Shown piece after piece: positions 26,640 to 40,184 of a DNA stretch of 64,000 bases (position 1 is its first letter; each line of letters begins with the position of its first letter). The stretch spans positions 32,798,001 through 32,862,000 of the forward strand of contig OX597819.1 of assembly GCA_951406725.2 (NCBI GenBank), given 5' to 3'. A program made the translations under genes and the position numbers. The notes under the pieces are model-generated. The model saw only the letters and a list, made by a program, of their open reading frames with translations, was not told the origin of the DNA and did no database searches. Source of the DNA: Octopus vulgaris (Eukaryota).

Positions 26640-28010
26640 ACTTGCTGGGTCAATGCCCGTGGTCTTCGCAGAATCTCCAAAACTGGTGAGGCCGATGCAC
26701 TTAATATTCCGCTTAAGCTGTTGCTTGTACGAAAAGCATGCGTAAGGTCTGGATTCCAGTGGGACTAGGTATAGTGGGTAGCTTGGGCCTTTCAAGGATT
26801 GGATGCAAAATGAGTAATGAAATGCAGAGAAACGAGTTAATCGAATGTCCTTAGTGGAGGTTATATATGACCCTCTAGACTGTTCTTTGAGTAGCAGCGG
26901 CACCTTTATCAAGTTTATGAGCAGTATTCTATTGTGGTTCTCACCCGAGTTTTGTTCTGCGTCAGTGACTGAAAGAAGTTGAAATGTTTTCTAGCTGTGA
27001 GGTGAGGGACCAACCTTTGGGATGTAGCACTAGCCACGCTTAAAATGTGCTTTTGCCTTGAGAGATTTTTAATAATAGTGAGGACTAGTAATTTGGGAGG
27101 TCTTGAAAGCTCACTTTGTATATGTAACACGTGTTTGAATAGAGTGAGGTCTGATGAAATTTACTTGTGTGCTGCGATAATTTTCATCTTTCTTTCTTTC
27201 TTTCATTCATTCATTCATTCATTCTTTCTTTCTTTCATTCATTCATTCATTCATTCATTCTTTCTTTCTTTCATTCAGTCATTCATTCTTTCTTTCTTTC
27301 ATTCATTCATTCATTCATTCATTCTTTCTTTCTTTCTTTCTTTCATTCATTCATTCATTCTTTCTTTCTGTCATTCATTCTTTCTTTCTGTCATTCATTC
27401 TTTCTTTCTGTCATTCATTCATTCATTCATTCTTTCTTTCTTTCATTCATTCATTCATTCATTCATTCTTTCATTCATTCATTCATTCATTCATTCATTC
27501 TTTCTTTCTTTCTTTCTTTCATTCATTCATTCATTCTTTCTTTCTTTCATTCATTCTTTCTTTCTTTCATTCATTCTTTCTTTCTTTCATTCATTCATTC
27601 ATTCTTTCTTTCATTCATTCATTCACTCATTCTTTCTTTCTTCCTTTCATTCATTCATTCAGTCTTTCTTTCATTCATTCATTCATTCTTTCTTTCATTC
27701 ATTCATTCTTTCTTTCATTCATTCAGTCTTTCTTTCTTTCATTCATTCATTCTTTCTTTCTTTCTTCCTTTCATTTATTCATTCATTCTTTCTTTCTTTC
27801 ATTCATTCATTCATTCTTTCTTTCATTCATTCATTCTTTCTTTCATTCATTCATTCATTCATTATTTCTTTCTTCCTTTCATTCATTCACTCATTCATTC
27901 TTTCTTTCTTTCTTTCTTCCTTAATTTCTTTACTTTTTGCTTTTGAAAGACAAAACTTGCAAAACTCCACTGGAAGATGCTTTCGAGGTCTCTGCATTGA
28001 TAATGATGGT
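26640..28010 (-). mobile_element. Decayed L2/CR1/Jockey-group LINE RT C-terminus, split by a microsatellite
   Basis: RDLESIFQWS (27950-27995); NLSRQKHILSVA..SQRL..KTRVRTTIEYCS (ORF 26915-27130). Confidence 0.6.
27185..27915. repeat. (TTCA)n/(TTTC)n compound microsatellite
   Basis: Read directly. Confidence 0.97.
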
Positions 28011-28015
28011 GCAAA

Positions 28016-28137
<122 letters not shown>

Positions 28138-28551
28138 AAATGAAGCGTGGCTGAAGAAGCTTAGGGAAGAATGACAGGACGTATCATTTGTGTAAAAACA
28201 GGAATTGTTGATTCATTGAAGTATAGGATAAAGAGTGAAGGCAAAATTATAATCAGGGACGTAAACTGAAACTTTTTGAGCGGCGAATACTGAGAGCTCC
28301 ATAAGAAAATTGAAACGAAATTACGATAAAAGAAGTTAATGAACAAAGGAATAGAATACAGAGCTCATAGGCAGATAGTTTAGATTGGATATTTGCAATC
28401 AGACGTCGCCGGAAAACATTTTTGAACTCGAGGGCAACGACATTGCTTTCAGTAAATCTCTCGAGAGCGAGAGTACACTTGTAACATATGAAAGTAGGTC
28501 TCCAGTAGATCAAGCTTTACGGAAGCTTAAAGAGTGGTTATTAAAGAGGGT

Positions 28552-28609
<58 letters not shown>

Positions 28610-28761
28610 AAGAGATTCAAGTAGTTGTTTAGTGTTGTCGATAATAGCTGTCAATATTACATTTGAGATATGGGAATCAAGAATTATAGGACGATAATAT
28701 TCAAGGATAAAGTCTGCTTAAGGCGGCGCGCCTTAATAATGATAATAATGATAATAATGAT

Positions 28762-29160
28762 AATCCTTTCTAGTATAGGCGCAAAGCCTGAAATTTTCTG
28801 GGAGGAGGATAGTTGATTATCTCGACCCCAGTACTCAACTGGTACTTATTTTATCGATCCCGAAAGCATGAAAAGTAAAGTCGACCTCGGCAGAATTTGA
28901 ACTCAGACCGTAGCGACGGGCGAAATGCTTAGCGGTATTTCGTCTGCCGCTACGTTCTGAGTTCAAATTCCGCCGAGGTCGACTTTGCCTTTCATCCTTT
29001 CAGGGTCGATTAAATAAGTACAAGTTACGCACTGGGGTCGATATAATTGACTTAATCCATTTGTCTGTCCTTGTTTGTCCTCTCTGTGTTTAGCCCCTTG
29101 TGAGTAGTAAAGAAATAGGTATTTCGTCCAGCGTGGTAACGATTCTGCCTGCTCGCCGCC
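28762..29160 (-). mobile_element. SINE family D variant (different tail), interrupted in its head by an antisense family D copy
   Basis: Head GGCGGCGAGCAGGCAGAATCGTTA at 29160 down; body GAGTTCAAATTC..GAGGTCGAC at 28905 down. Confidence 0.85.
28945..29117 (+). mobile_element. 5'-truncated SINE family D (Nin/Deu-like domain)
   Basis: Matches 40012-40184; direct repeat GGTATTTCGTC at 28934-28944 and 29118-29128. Confidence 0.88.
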
Positions 29161-29163
29161 TTC

Positions 29164-29281
<118 letters not shown>

Positions 29282-29334
29282 CGACGACGACAACAACAAC
29301 AACAACAGCAACAACAACAACAATAATAATAATA

Positions 29335-29488
29335 GGCGTAGGAGTAGTTCTGTGGTAAGTATATTGATAACGAACCACATGCGTGGCACCTTGGGCAATT
29401 GTCTTCTAATAATATGACCTCGGGCCGACCAAAGCCTTGTGAGTGGATTTGGAAGATGGAAACTGAAATAAGCCAGTCGTATATATGT

Positions 29489-29545
<57 letters not shown>

Positions 29546-29767
29546 TGTATGTATGTATATGTGCATATGTTTGTGTGTCAATGTTTGTCTCCGCTTGACA
29601 ACCGATGCTGGTGTGTTTACGTGCCCATAACTTAGCGGTTCGGCAAAAGCGACCGATAGAATAAGTACTAAGCTTACAAAGAATAAGTCCTGGGGTCGAT
29701 TTGCTCGACTATAGGCAGTGCTCCGGCATGGCCGCAGTCAAATGACTGAAACAAGTAAAAGAGTAAA
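29335..29767 (+). mobile_element. SINE family A (B box deleted)
   Basis: Aligns to 11-420; sits between (AAT)n tracts. Confidence 0.88.
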
Positions 29768-29771
29768 GAAT

Positions 29772-29849
<78 letters not shown>

Positions 29850-30276
29850 TCTTGTATTTACAAACCTACAGAATTTGCTCTATTCTCCAAGCTGCTTCTC
29901 TTTCTTCTACCCTCAAGACGGTTACAAAACCAATGATTTTGGGAGTACTTGAAATGACCAATAAAAGAACTAAAATTAGTTGAGAATGATACCTGGATTA
30001 CCATTCATGCAGGCAGCGCTAAAAATAGTAATTAAGTGTTAACTGCGAACGTAAACAGACTGTGCTTTTGAAAAGAGAGACTGATGGCAGAGGAGTGATT
30101 AGTACAGACCACTGTATAAGGAGTGAAAGGAGAACACTTGCCGGGTATTTGATAAATAGTGACGAAGATCTGCTGCAATATATATATATTATTATTGATA
30201 ATTGTTAATACTATAGGCAGAACGATGGTGGAAATGATAATCACTGCGGTTATGGCAGCGACACAATGCAAGCACG

Positions 30277-30323
<47 letters not shown>

Positions 30324-30324
<1 letters not shown>

Positions 30325-30719
30325 TAGCAGTATCGCCCGGCGTTGCTCGGGTTTGTAAGGGAAATAACTATATAAGCATTTTTAGAGAGGTATAGCCAAA
30401 AATTAACAAAAAAATGCATTAAAATGGAAAAAAAATGATGGTAATTTTTTTTTAAATCGTTGACTCATCGTAGACATTTTTAGAGAGTTACTTCCCTTAT
30501 ATAATAGCGAAAAAAATGCATTAAAATGGAAAAAAAATGATGGTATTTTTTTTTAAATCGTAGACTCATCATAGACGCGCGCTAATACCCAGAAGGGCTC
30601 GATGTGAATCACGACTATAAGATACCCAATTTTGGTTAAACTGCACCGCAAAATGTGGGAGTAGTTAGGAATCTAAATCGTAGGAGACAGACACACAACT
30701 TCTCTTTTATATATAAAGA
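30324..30719 (-). mobile_element. Non-autonomous Helitron
   Basis: 5' A|TC start, 3' hairpin CCCGAGCAACGCCGGG then CTAG|T, no TSD; internal ~95-bp tandem duplication; second copy 61064-61458. Confidence 0.88.
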
Positions 30720-30774
30720 TATGTGTGTATGTACATACCTGTGCACATGTATATACAAATAAAGAGATGAAGAC

Positions 30775-32880
30775 AGAGATGGGATTTCAATAAGAACTCT
30801 CGTGGGAACCCCAAGAACGGCTCATGAAATCATGATGCAACACAACAAGGAAAGAACGGCGAAAATGAAGCCATAGCCGATCATGGTGAAGGTTTCCCGC
30901 CCGAAACCACCAGCATCAGGGGCAGTGATCTGACCTCGGACGGTCACAACAGGTCACATACACGGTGTGCGCAAAAACAGACATAAGTAGACAAAGGAAG
31001 AATACACTTATTGAATCTCATGAAAGAACAAAGCTGGAAATAAGTCGCGGAGTTGGCCAACATACCTTGAAACTTTGGATGGAAAAGGACATGTGTACAA
31101 TGTCAGAAAAGAGACTAATGGACCAAGTGAGAGTTATTAGGAGGAAGGTTTACTTAATTTCTGTAGAAATATCTCGGATTAGTGAGAGTCTGAGAGACAC
31201 TGTGGATGGGCTATAGAGGATGGTCGAAGTTGAAAGCAGAAAGGTGGGAGTTGAAAGCAGGGGTAAGAGTAGACAGGAGGAACATGAGAATGGTTATGGG
31301 TCTATCAAGGATGAGTAACAGGAACGCTATACAGTGAACCCTGATACTGTAGTGGGTGGACATGCAGAGGAAATAAATCAACTAGATAATGAATTGCTTG
31401 AACTTCAAACACGATTCACTGACTTGATGAATAATCCAGAAGAAAAAATCCCCATGAATATGAGAATGGTAGATAGGAGTATGATAAATAAAGTAACACA
31501 AAAGATAAATACTGTCATACCATACATCTGGACGGAGGGCATAACACAAGCAAGGAATCTTCTCCAAGCTATTGTGCTACTTGTTGAGGAGAAATTACAA
31601 CCCAAGAGAAAATGGTGGAGCAAAAGAACCATGGTGGAAACGACGCATTGAAAGGGACATAATGCGGGCAAAGCAAGCTTTGGGAAAAATTGAGCAATGG
31701 TTAAGAGGAAACTGGAAAAATGAGAAAGAGATCGACCGAGAAAAATAGAGAAGAAATATATAATACGGAAGAACGAGTATGATGCAGTAATAGAGCAGTT
31801 AAAATAGAGGATCATGACAAAAAGCCAAAAGATGAGATTTGTGAACAGAAATAAGCAGTACGAGAATAGAGTGTTAAAAAATAAACCGAAGCAATTCTTC
31901 CGAACGTTAGATGGAGACAATGGGGAAAATGTTGCTGCTCCTGATGAAAATCAAGCCAAGGGTTCTGGAGCGGATTATGGGGAAACAATGATGAACAAGG
32001 AAGAGTTTAACCAAAGAGCTGAGGAGAAGAGAAAGAAGACCTTCCTGAAATGAGAATTCATGGACAATTTGAGAGGAATACACAAGACGCTAAGGGAAAT
32101 ACAGAATCGTGGGCATGCCTTGAGCGAGGTGATTTGAAGCGTACCATCGGAAACCAGATCATTGCTGCACAAGACCAGGCTCTCGCTACCAATTTAGTAT
32201 AACATCTATAAAACTATAACATCTATAAACAGTATAACATCTATAAAACTTCTGATAGTAACGCAAACTCTGTGGAAAGAGAGTAGAAAATGTGACCCGC
32301 TTGGTAAGTGGATGTGAGAGCCTTGCCTAAAAAGAATACAAGCGCCACTACGATAAGATGTGTGCGTAACTTCATTGGCTCTTATGCCGTAAATACCAAT
32401 ATGAAGAAACAGAGAACAGGTATGAGCATGGACCAAGTAAAGTTATGCAGGATGATGGCAAAGTAACGATACTCTGCGACTATGATTTTCAGACGGATCG
32501 TGTAATCGAACATCGTCGGCCGGATATTGTCACATTGAATAAGAGAGACAAATATTGTCAGATCATCGATAAAGCCATACCAAATGACATGAATATTGTG
32601 AGTATAGAGGTTGAAAAAATCCCCAAGTACTCCGAATTGTAAGTGGAAATGGCAAGACTGTATGGAATGCGAGAGAGTACTGTAAAAGTGATACCCATTG
32701 AAATTTCAAGACTTCTTAAGGCAACTGGAAATCCCATTCAAGATTGATGCCTTGCAAAAAGCTGCCTTATTGGGCACAGCGCACATCTTAAGGAATATTT
32801 TATCTGTCTAAGATCCTTGCTCTGACTTGACAGCTGACAAAAGACTCCGTTGCATTTTTACCTACACTGTGTTACGAAGG
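30775..32880 (+). mobile_element. Decayed R4/Dong-clade LINE lacking the RT core
   Basis: N-terminal SEKRLMDQVRVIRRK and NKQYENRVLKNKPKQFFRTLD; then IAAQDQALAT, RRPDIVTL..IIDKAIP..EKIPKYSEL, LQKAALLGTAHILR; ends at AATAAT. Confidence 0.82.
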
Positions 32881-32884
32881 AATA

Positions 32885-32946
32885 ATAATCCTTTCTACAA
32901 AAGGCACAAGGCCTGAAATTTGTGGTTATTCTGCCAACTCGCCGCC
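32885..32946 (-). mobile_element. Mini-SINE: family D head tip fused to tail tip
   Basis: Tail matches 28762-28795; head matches 29142-29160. Confidence 0.65.
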
Positions 32947-33379
32947 CTGATGATGCTGCTGCTGCTGATGATGATGATGATTATAACAATGATAATAAAG
33001 AAGAAAAAAAGAACAACACCAACAAGGACTAGTATAAATTATTTTTGTTAATTAGAATAATCAATGCTACTTTTGCTGTTAGAATTTATGTTAGTTTTAG
33101 TGAAGCGTAGTGACAGTAATACCATTTCACACATCAATTATAATATGTCTATAATATTAATAGTCATAGTTACATTGTTATATGTTAGTAGTATTAGTAG
33201 CAATATTAGTAATGGTATAATGAATTAGATTATTAATTTCTTCCCAATTTGTATAAATTTTTTCGTTATATTTTTCCGACTAACAAAATGACGTTGAAAC
33301 AAATATCACTAAATTTAATGGCTTTCATTTTTTTTATTCTTCGTGCACGTAATCAGGTGACAAGTCGGATAGATTGCTG

Positions 33380-34150
33380 GGTAGACTTATGGCCATTTGG
33401 TGAGTTAAACTGTTGCTTAGTCCCTCGTCGGATGCTATCAAAAACATCCCTTCTAGTAACAGCTTGTCTCACTTTCTTATAAAACCATATCTAAGTGTCT
33501 GCATGCCCGGGGTCTGCGAAGTTGTGTTGGAGTTTCTATGAACTGAGTTTAAATGGCAGCCGTGTAACATGTATAATTATTCTCTATAACGCTGGTAGAA
33601 ATATGAACGGTACTTTATGCATGTCTCACACGCGAGCGACTACAACAAAGTTACATCACATGATAGAAGTGTTACAAATATATAGTGGTTGCATGTGTGT
33701 TTGTTTGTTATCTGAACTTTAATATGAGGTCGTACGAGCGAAAATATTAATCGTATAGCAAGGTTCACAACTGTCGCTATGAATAGTATGTTTATCCGTC
33801 GTAGCGACGAAGTCCGTCTAGTGTCCTTAGGGACTTTGTTTAAAGTGAAGATGAGTTGCACACCGTCAGCCTCACCCTGTCGTCGTGATCAACTTCAATC
33901 CAGTGGCAAAGACAAGGTCAAGAAGACTGGAGATAGAAACAGATGCACTTTATGACCGAAATGTCTTGCTTCATTTTGCTCTCTGCATTCCACAATACGT
34001 TGCTAGCCGCCTTCCTTTCAGTTGAACCATGAAGATGTCACCAGATCAGTCTTTACATGCACAAGTAGGCACCTAACATGCTGATTAGCCGGTAGCTGGG
34101 ACTCAGGCAGGTGTGACTACTCTGGGTTAGAGTACACCTGGGTACAATAG
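33380..34150 (-). mobile_element. Possible very decayed RTE-clade LINE 5' region
   Basis: Weak resemblance to RTE 5' UTR and endonuclease start (TRRTS..); many stops. Confidence 0.35.
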
Positions 34151-34559
34151 TGACAAAGAGGTGGTTCCCCTCCCCTAAAAACCCCGGAACTTTAAAATCA
34201 GGGCCCCATTAATGGATGTAGTTTAAAGTATTGTGAAAACATTATATGGCATTTCGTCGTGCGCATGCTCAAACGGAAATAGACTTTTAGGGGCATTAAT
34301 GTAAAGGACGATGCGTGAACGTGGCTCAACTTTTTGACTGGCATTATTTGAAGGGATCACATTTGAAATGCGATATTTAAGGATCTCTGAATGACACATA
34401 TATATTTGCGAATTCTTTTCATAACAGTATTAACTACATCAGGAAAAAAATATGTTTATATAACTGGCAACACAATCTCCTGGTAATTATGGATTGCTGG
34501 TTGAAAACGGGAAACACATTAAAACGAAAAAATCGTGAAACACAAGTAAAGACGCCATA

Positions 34560-36230
34560 TGCTCAAATGAAAAAAAAAATACTGGTTCATGTTAAAAATT
34601 GGAAAACTCGTAAACATCGTGATGTGTGCATATTCTTTGGATGAATATACAGCTACCATGAAGGCGTTCTATGTTATGAAACATTGTCCATTGAAAGCAT
34701 GAAGCCTATCAATTTTGCTGACATTTAGAAGCAAAGCATAGAAAAAAATATGAAGAAAAAAAACCCGTTGAATATTTTCAAAGATGACGGTAAGAACTAC
34801 TTTCACGACAATAACCAATAGGAAAAAAATAAGAACTGAATGTGATAAAAATGCTTTGTATGCATCGTATGATGTTTCTTTTTTAATGGCAATCGGTCGA
34901 AACCTACACACAAGACTGGAGGAATAAATTCTGCCTACTGCCAAATCAATTGCCTCCAGAATGCATGGAGACAAAATAGTAAGGAATTACGATGATTTCA
35001 TTATCAAACAATACTGTGTAGCGGCGAATAGAAGACGCGTCTGATAACGTTAAAAATCCGTTCGTGAAAGGAATGCAACAAAGTTTATACTATTCCTTAC
35101 AGTAAGATGGAAGTACGGATATTAATAACTAAGCCGGTTTGTTTACATTTTATACTGTATGAATTTAATGGTGCAATTAGTGAAGATTTTCTTTTTCTTT
35201 TCTTTTATTTTGCCAGTCATTGCGAACATGTACAGCCGGGGAGTCTATTTTTAACAATTTTATTGATTTTATAAGTGAAAATAAAATTGATGTTGAAAAT
35301 GCGTAGGAGTCAGTACTGATGGCGCTTCAGTAATAGCTGAAAAATACAGAAGACTCAGGAGAAATATTTAAGGTATAATACCAAATGTCATATCGACTCA
35401 TTGCTGCGTACAGAAAAAAAACCTTGACTGCGGGAAAACGCCAAATAAATTGAAGACGCCAGTTGAGAAAGCAGAAAAGGTATTTAATCTAATAAAAGCT
35501 CATCCGTTAAATTCTCTTATCTTTTATTTTTCTCTTTTACTTGTTTCAGTCCTTAGATTGCGACCATGCTGGGGCACAGTTTTGAAGAATTTGTAGTCGA
35601 ATGAATCAACACCATACTATTTCTTTTTGTTAAGCATGGTCCTTATTCTGCCGCTATTTTTTTTTTGCTAAACCGCTAAGTTATGGACACGTAAACACAC
35701 CAGCACCGGTTGTCAACTGGTAGTGAGGGACAAACAGACACAAAGCCACACACACACGTATATAAATACACACACACGTATACACATATATAGTCTTCCT
35801 TCAGTTTCCGTGTCAACCGAATCCACACACAGAGCTTTGGTCGGCGCGATGCTATAGTAGAAGACACAGCCCAAGGTGCCAGGTTGTAGGACTGAACCCG
35901 GAACCATGTAGTTGGGAAGCAAGTTTCTTGCCACACAGCCACGCTTTGCTTATGATCAATTGCTCTTACGTTCCCAATTGCATCAGCTATGCTGCAGGTA
36001 AGAATTTAATCGTAATATATCGAGCTGAGAGACAAAATAAAACTGTGAAAACCATTCCATGAGAGTGAAAGGTTCACTAACCTTTATTGGCTACTTTTGG
36101 TGGGGTATATGCCTGACATTTTACGTATATGAATGATTTAAATTTCAGCCCACATAACGATTTTAAAACTTGAAGATGAAATGGAAGACAGGATTATGAA
36201 ATTCGACATGTCTAGACGTTGGCAGTGAGT
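34560..36230 (+). mobile_element. Decayed hAT (Charlie/Buster-type) transposase
   Basis: VLCYETLSIESMKP, HLEAKH..KPVEYFQR, NALYASYDVSFLMA..LILPTAK, STDGA, ELRDKI; split by the SINE at 35528-35944. Confidence 0.78.
35528..35944 (-). mobile_element. SINE family A (older copy)
   Basis: Diverged reverse complement of 11-420. Confidence 0.87.
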
Positions 36231-36349
36231 TCGAGTCCTATTTCATGCTCTGTGTCTTTCTTGTTGCTGGCCTGCAACACAAGTGGTCGGGTAAGGTTGA
36301 AGACCTGATAAATGCATTGATCAGTGTTGGGTAGCAGTGTATTTGTCAG

Positions 36350-37015
36350 GTTGTTTGGGTGGGTGGGTGGTTAGTTGATTGGTTGGTTGGTTGGTTGGTT
36401 GGTTAGCTGATTGGTTGGCTTGTAGGTTGGTTGACTAGCTAGTCGGTCGGTTGGTTGGTTGTTTGATTGACTAGTTGATTAATTAGTTGGTTTTCTGTTT
36501 GATTAGTTAGTTAGTTGGTTGGTTGGTTGGTTGGCTGGTTGATTGGTCAGTTTGTTTGTTTGTTGGTTGGTTGGTTGGTTGGTTGGTTGGTTGGTTGGTT
36601 GGTTTGGTCAGTTGGCTGGTTGGTTGGTTGATTAGTTGGTTGGTTGGTTGATTAGTTGGTTGGTTGGTTGATTAGTTGGTTGGCTGGTTGATTAGTTGGT
36701 TGGTTGATTGATTAGTTGGTTGTCTGTTTGATTGGTTGGTTGATTGGTTGGTTGGCTGGTTGATTGGTTGGTTGGTTGGTTGGTTGGTTGGCTGGCTAGT
36801 TGATTGGTTGGTTTGTTGGTTAATTGGCTAGTTGATTGGTTGGTTAGTTGGTCGGCTGGTTGGTTGGTTGGTTGGTTGGTTGGTTGGTTGGCTGGCTAGT
36901 TGATTGGTTGGTTTGTTGGTTAATTGGCTAGTTGATTGGTTGGTTAGTTGGTCGGCTGGTTGGTTGGTTGGTTGGTTGGCTGGCTAGTTGATTGGTTGGT
37001 TTGATTAGTTGGTGG
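36350..37015. repeat. (GGTT)n degenerate microsatellite with ~100-bp higher-order duplication
   Basis: Read directly. Confidence 0.93.
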
Positions 37016-37786
37016 CTTGATTTAAAGTTTTAATGGTCCATTGGCAGGCTAAATAGCTACGCGTTTAGTTAGCTGATGAATAATTGGCCGGCTAATTCCT
37101 TGATTGATCAACTGATTCAACTGGCTAGAGGTTCACTGCTAGACTAGTTAATACCCGATCAATTTGATGGCTGGATAATACCTCTGTCTACTAACTGATT
37201 TTCTGTACCTCATTGTGACTCATTACATATATGGTTGACCAAGTGACGCTAACGAAATAATTCTATGATTGTTAGAAGGTAGGTGCTTCTTATCGTGGGT
37301 TTCTGCAATGTGTAGAAGCAAGACCGTTGACTCACAGATATATGGTCGAATGATTGATTAACTGTTTATTGGGTAGGAAATAAATCACTGAATGGTTAGA
37401 TGGTTAGATGGTTAGCTGATGGCTTGATGGCTTATAAGTGGTAGCTAGGCTGGTTGGTTGAATGAAGGAGTGGATGGATGAAAGAATATCTGATTGACTA
37501 ATTTGTGTGAGTTTTGCTTTATTACCGGATGGCTGATTGGCGATTTGATAATGTCTTTTATTCGCCTCTATTAATATAAAACTACTCGAGGGAATCATAA
37601 ATTGATCACTAACACACTCATATATACACACATACGTTATAGTTATATATATATGCATATATATTGTTATATTATATTACATATACGAAATTTATATATA
37701 TATATGTGTGTGTTTGTGTGTGTATGTATATGTATGTATTATGTATATCTTACATACACACACATACAGAAACACACATATATAAA

Positions 37787-37819
<33 letters not shown>

Positions 37820-37989
37820 TGTATGTATGTATAAGCCCCATTCGTGTACTATTTTTATACCTACGCCGCACTTAGAACCAACCCTGAATCGGATCTACCA
37901 TTTAAATTGGATTTGGTACTGACATCTCTACTGTAACCTACTAACACCTGATAGCTTCATGGTCGTATGTATAGCCACCTTAATAATTT

Positions 37990-38029
<40 letters not shown>

Positions 38030-38034
38030 CATTG

Positions 38035-38320
<286 letters not shown>

Positions 38321-38759
38321 ATATATATAGATGTACATGCACACACATACACAAACATGCATCCATATGCATACACTGAGCACACGCACACATACATGCG
38401 CACACACACATATATACACACGTATGTTTGTATATATATATATATGTATTATACGCTAGGCATTTTTCTTACGGAAAAATTTCTCTCTACACACATTGTG
38501 CTTAAAAATACATTGAGTCGACTCGCAGGTAACATCAGCGGACCATAAAATACGGTGTTTCGGTAAAATTACGCCCCCTCATTACAGATGCAGCCTCGGT
38601 CATTTGGCTCTACGCCAGAACTTCTGTTCCAACGTATAAGAAACAGTAAACAATACGTTTATCCGCTTTGCTGAGGCTTGCCAAACTGGAATTAACTAAG
38701 TATAAGCGCACAAAGTATTAAAATAAAGACGTAAAACATTTATTTTTAATAAGCTATTG

Positions 38760-38830
38760 TACACAAGAAGCTAGCATCCCAACCACATGATTCTGGGTAC
38801 AGTACCATTGCGTGGCAAGTGTCTTCAACT

Positions 38831-38885
<55 letters not shown>

Positions 38886-38977
38886 GTACTGCTGTCAATT
38901 CATCCAAGTATAAATTATTCAAGATCGTGCCCCAGCATGGCCAAAGTATAGTGACTAAAAGAAGATAACGATAAGAG
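38760..38977 (+). mobile_element. Old, internally deleted SINE family A
   Basis: CCAACCACATG..GGCAAGTGTCTTC head remnant; CCCCAGCATGGCC tail remnant. Confidence 0.6.
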
Positions 38978-39147
38978 ACAAATATAGGACGTGAAAGGCA
39001 TTCGATGCAAGATTTGTTCCTGGACAAAATAAAATTGTCTCCGCGGGCTTTATATGTGAAAGAATACGCATAAAATACCTTTGTAAATGTGTGTGTTAGT
39101 GTGTGCCTGCGTGCGTAAGTGTGTCTATATGTGTATGTGTAATGTGT

Positions 39148-39527
39148 GGAGGCGCAATGGCCCAGTGGTTAGGGCAGCGGATTCGCGGTCGTAGGATCGC
39201 GGTTTCGATTCCCAGACCGGGCGTTGTGAGTGTTTATTGAGCGAAAACACCTAAAAGCTCCACGAGGCTCCGGCAGGGATGGTGGTGATCCCTGCTGTAC
39301 TCTTTCACCACAACTTTCTCTCACTCTTACTTCCTATTTCTGTTGTACCTGTATTTCAAGGGGCCGGCCTTGTCACTCTCTGTGTCACGCTGAATATCCC
39401 CGAGAACTACGTTAAGAGTGCACGTGTCTGTGGAGTGCTCAGCCACTTACACGTTAATTTCACGAGCAGGCTGTTTTTGATTCGGATCAACCGGAACCCT
39501 CATCGTCGTAACCGACGGAGTGCTTCC
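39148..39527 (+). mobile_element. SINE family B, tail type 1
   Basis: 11-bp TSD ATGTGTAATGT at 39135-39145 and 39528-39538. Confidence 0.93.
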
Positions 39528-39809
39528 ATGTGTAATGTCACCAATAAGTTTAAATGAACGTTTTTCATTCTGCTCTTTCATTAAACCCTTTCTATTCCTT
39601 CAGCTCCCATCTCCCCTCATATTTTCCATTCATCTCACTCTCGACCTTGACTGCTTCTATTTCACACCATTACACTTTCCTTTTGACGTCTCCCGCTATT
39701 TCTCTCACCTGTTCTTAATTACATAAGAAAACTCAATTTGTCTTCTGCGCCTTATCAGTTGTCGCTAGATTTTTTAACTTAGCGGATGATCTGCTATCTC
39801 TCATTAGTT

Positions 39810-39951
<142 letters not shown>

Positions 39952-39953
39952 AA

Positions 39954-40184
39954 GGCGGCGAGCTGGCAGAAACGTTAGCGCGCCGGGCGAAATGCTTAGC
40001 AGTATTTCGTCTGCCGTTACGTTCTGAGTTCAAATTCCGCCGAGGTCGACTTTGCCTTTCATCCTTTCGGGGTCGATAAATTAAGTACCAGTTATGCACT
40101 GGGGTCGATGTAATCGACTTAATCCGTTTGTCTGTCCTTGTTTGTCCACTCAGTGTTTAGCCCCTTGTGGGTAGTAAAGAAATA
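39954..40184 (+). mobile_element. SINE family D (full length)
   Basis: A box TGGCAGAAACGTTAG, B box GAGTTCAAATTCC, Nin/Deu-like GCCTTTCATCCTTTCGGGGTCGATAAATTAAGTACC. Confidence 0.9.
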
